A stretch of 64,000 nt of DNA from an uncultured Solirubrobacterales bacterium (lineage in GTDB: Bacteria; Actinomycetota; Thermoleophilia; Solirubrobacterales; JBBDJG01): positions 132,506-196,505 of the forward strand of contig CAWAUD010000007.1 of assembly GCA_963785085.1 (NCBI GenBank), read 5' to 3'. The notes below the pieces were generated by a model. That model was given only the letters and a program-made list of their open reading frames with translations. It searched no databases and was not told the origin of the DNA. Position 1 is the first letter of the stretch, and the number at the start of each line of letters is the position of its first letter. The translations under genes were made by a program, and so were the position numbers. Positions 63,028 to 64,000 of this stretch are shown here, piece by piece.

Positions 63028-64000
63028 ATGGAGAAGATGAACGGCAGCCCCGGCCAGACGACCTCGGCGCCTCAGTCGGCGCGGCCCCGCCGCGGCGATC
63101 GGCTCGAGTTGAGCATCGAGAGCATCGCACAGGGCGGTGCGGGCCTGGCGCGCCGGGAGGGCTACGTCGTATTCGTCGAGGGCGGCTTCCCGGGCGACAC
63201 CGTGGTCGCGGAGGTGACCAAGTCCAAGCGCCACTTCGCCCACGCGCGGGCGGTCGAGGTGATCGAGCCGAGCCCCGACCGGGTGCCGATCCGCTGCGAC
63301 CACGACGGGGACGGCTGTCCGGGCTCTCCGTGGCAGGGCTTCCGCTACGAGCGTCAGCTGGAGCACAAGCAGCGGCTGGTCGAGGAGGCCCTCACCCGCC
63401 TCGGCGGGCTGGAGGGCTTCGCGATGGAGCCGATCATTGGATCCGAGGACCCCTGGCGCTATCGCAACAAGCTCGAGTACTCGTTCGGGGAGACCGACGG
63501 CCGGCTGGTGCTCGGCTTTCATGCCCGCGGCAGCTGGGAGCGGATCGAGGACGTGCGCGACTGCGTGCTGGCATCCGAGCAGAACAACGCGGCCCGCAAC
63601 CTGGTGCGGGACTGGTGCGCGGAAGAGGGGCTGTCCACCTACGACCGCCGCGAGAGCGCCGGCTTCCTGCGGAACCTCGTCGTGCGCGAGGGACGGCGCA
63701 CCGGTGATCTACAGCTGCGGCTCGTGACCAGCCCCGGCGACTTCCGCGCCGAGGCGCTCGCCGCAGCGGTGACCGAGCGGCTCCCGGAGGCGGGAGTCCT
63801 CTGGACCCGGATGGACACGGTCGCAGAGGTCTCACAGGGCGGCACGACCGCGATCGTGACCGGCCCTGAGCGGATCACGGAGGAGCTGTGCGGCCTGCGG
63901 TTCTCCATCTCCGCCGAAGCGTTCTTCCAGACGAACACGGACATGGCCGAGCGGCTCTACGGCCTGGCGGTCGACTACGCCGCCCTCGAGGGGCGCGAGC
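63028..64000 (+). CDS. TRAM-domain class I SAM-dependent RNA (uracil-5-)-methyltransferase, RumA/TrmA family; 3' end outside the window
   Basis: Open frame from ATG 63028 to the window edge (not in the ORF track because there is no stop). 'RLELSIESIAQGGAGLARREGYVVFVEGGFPGDTVVAEVTKSKRHFAHARAVEV' (TRAM), 'WRYRNKLEYSF', 'FFQTN'. Confidence 0.78.
   Translation, partial: MEKMNGSPGQTTSAPQSARPRRGDRLELSIESIAQGGAGLARREGYVVFVEGGFPGDTVVAEVTKSKRHFAHARAVEVIEPSPDRVPIRCDHDGDGCPGSPWQGFRYERQLEHKQRLVEEALTRLGGLEGFAMEPIIGSEDPWRYRNKLEYSFGETDGRLVLGFHARGSWERIEDVRDCVLASEQNNAARNLVRDWCAEEGLSTYDRRESAGFLRNLVVREGRRTGDLQLRLVTSPGDFRAEALAAAVTERLPEAGVLWTRMDTVAEVSQGGTTAIVTGPERITEELCGLRFSISAEAFFQTNTDMAERLYGLAVDYAALEGRE

Overview
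Very GC-rich bacterial chromosomal segment (about 70 % by eye, not computed). Gene content and synteny look like Actinomycetota: a fused PafBC-type WYL regulator, a PPOX/F420-type protein, CIRCE-groESL, E2-lipB-lipA and a SigB/F-type partner-switching module. A deeper guess of Thermoleophilia/Rubrobacteria-like is inference only. I can support about 60 protein genes, one tRNA-Ala(UGC), one TPP riboswitch and one CIRCE operator. Most of the window is housekeeping: rmlABCD, a molybdate regulator plus modABC, groESL, citrate synthase, glutamate dehydrogenase, pabBC, a co-directional lpdA / E1 alpha-beta / E2 / lipB / lipA block, thiOSGE and argF. There is also signalling (Crp/Fnr, sigma/STAS/RsbW, MerR-GAF, CHASE2 cyclase plus cNMP-HD-GYP, GGDEF-HD-GYP) and a secreted PKD plus NHL/RTX protein cluster. 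I saw no transposase, integrase, CRISPR array or recognisable defence gene. Three things are not explained by ordinary annotation. (1) A dispersed family of heptanucleotide tandem arrays (GNCGGCA)n begins at or within a few nt of stop codons. Two arrays also sit, in inverted orientation, in the two linker-coding segments of the E2 gene. (2) A leader-like module occurs three times: an AGGGAGG box, a 12-13 nt spacer, an RTG start, a conserved 15-codon sORF 'MR[PH]RCVSHA[HL]R[DS]A..', and about 90 nt later a GC hairpin with a TATA-type loop. It heads the three longest, least GC-rich non-coding stretches. (3) Roughly 40 reading-frame breaks (counted by eye) interrupt about 20 otherwise well-conserved genes, clustered at 9.4-12.5 kb, 25.1-27.3 kb and 49.2-52.0 kb. 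This is most simply a sequence-quality problem, so the 'pseudogene' labels below mean 'frame disrupted in this sequence', not proven decay. All product calls rest on motif and family recognition by eye; no database search was run.
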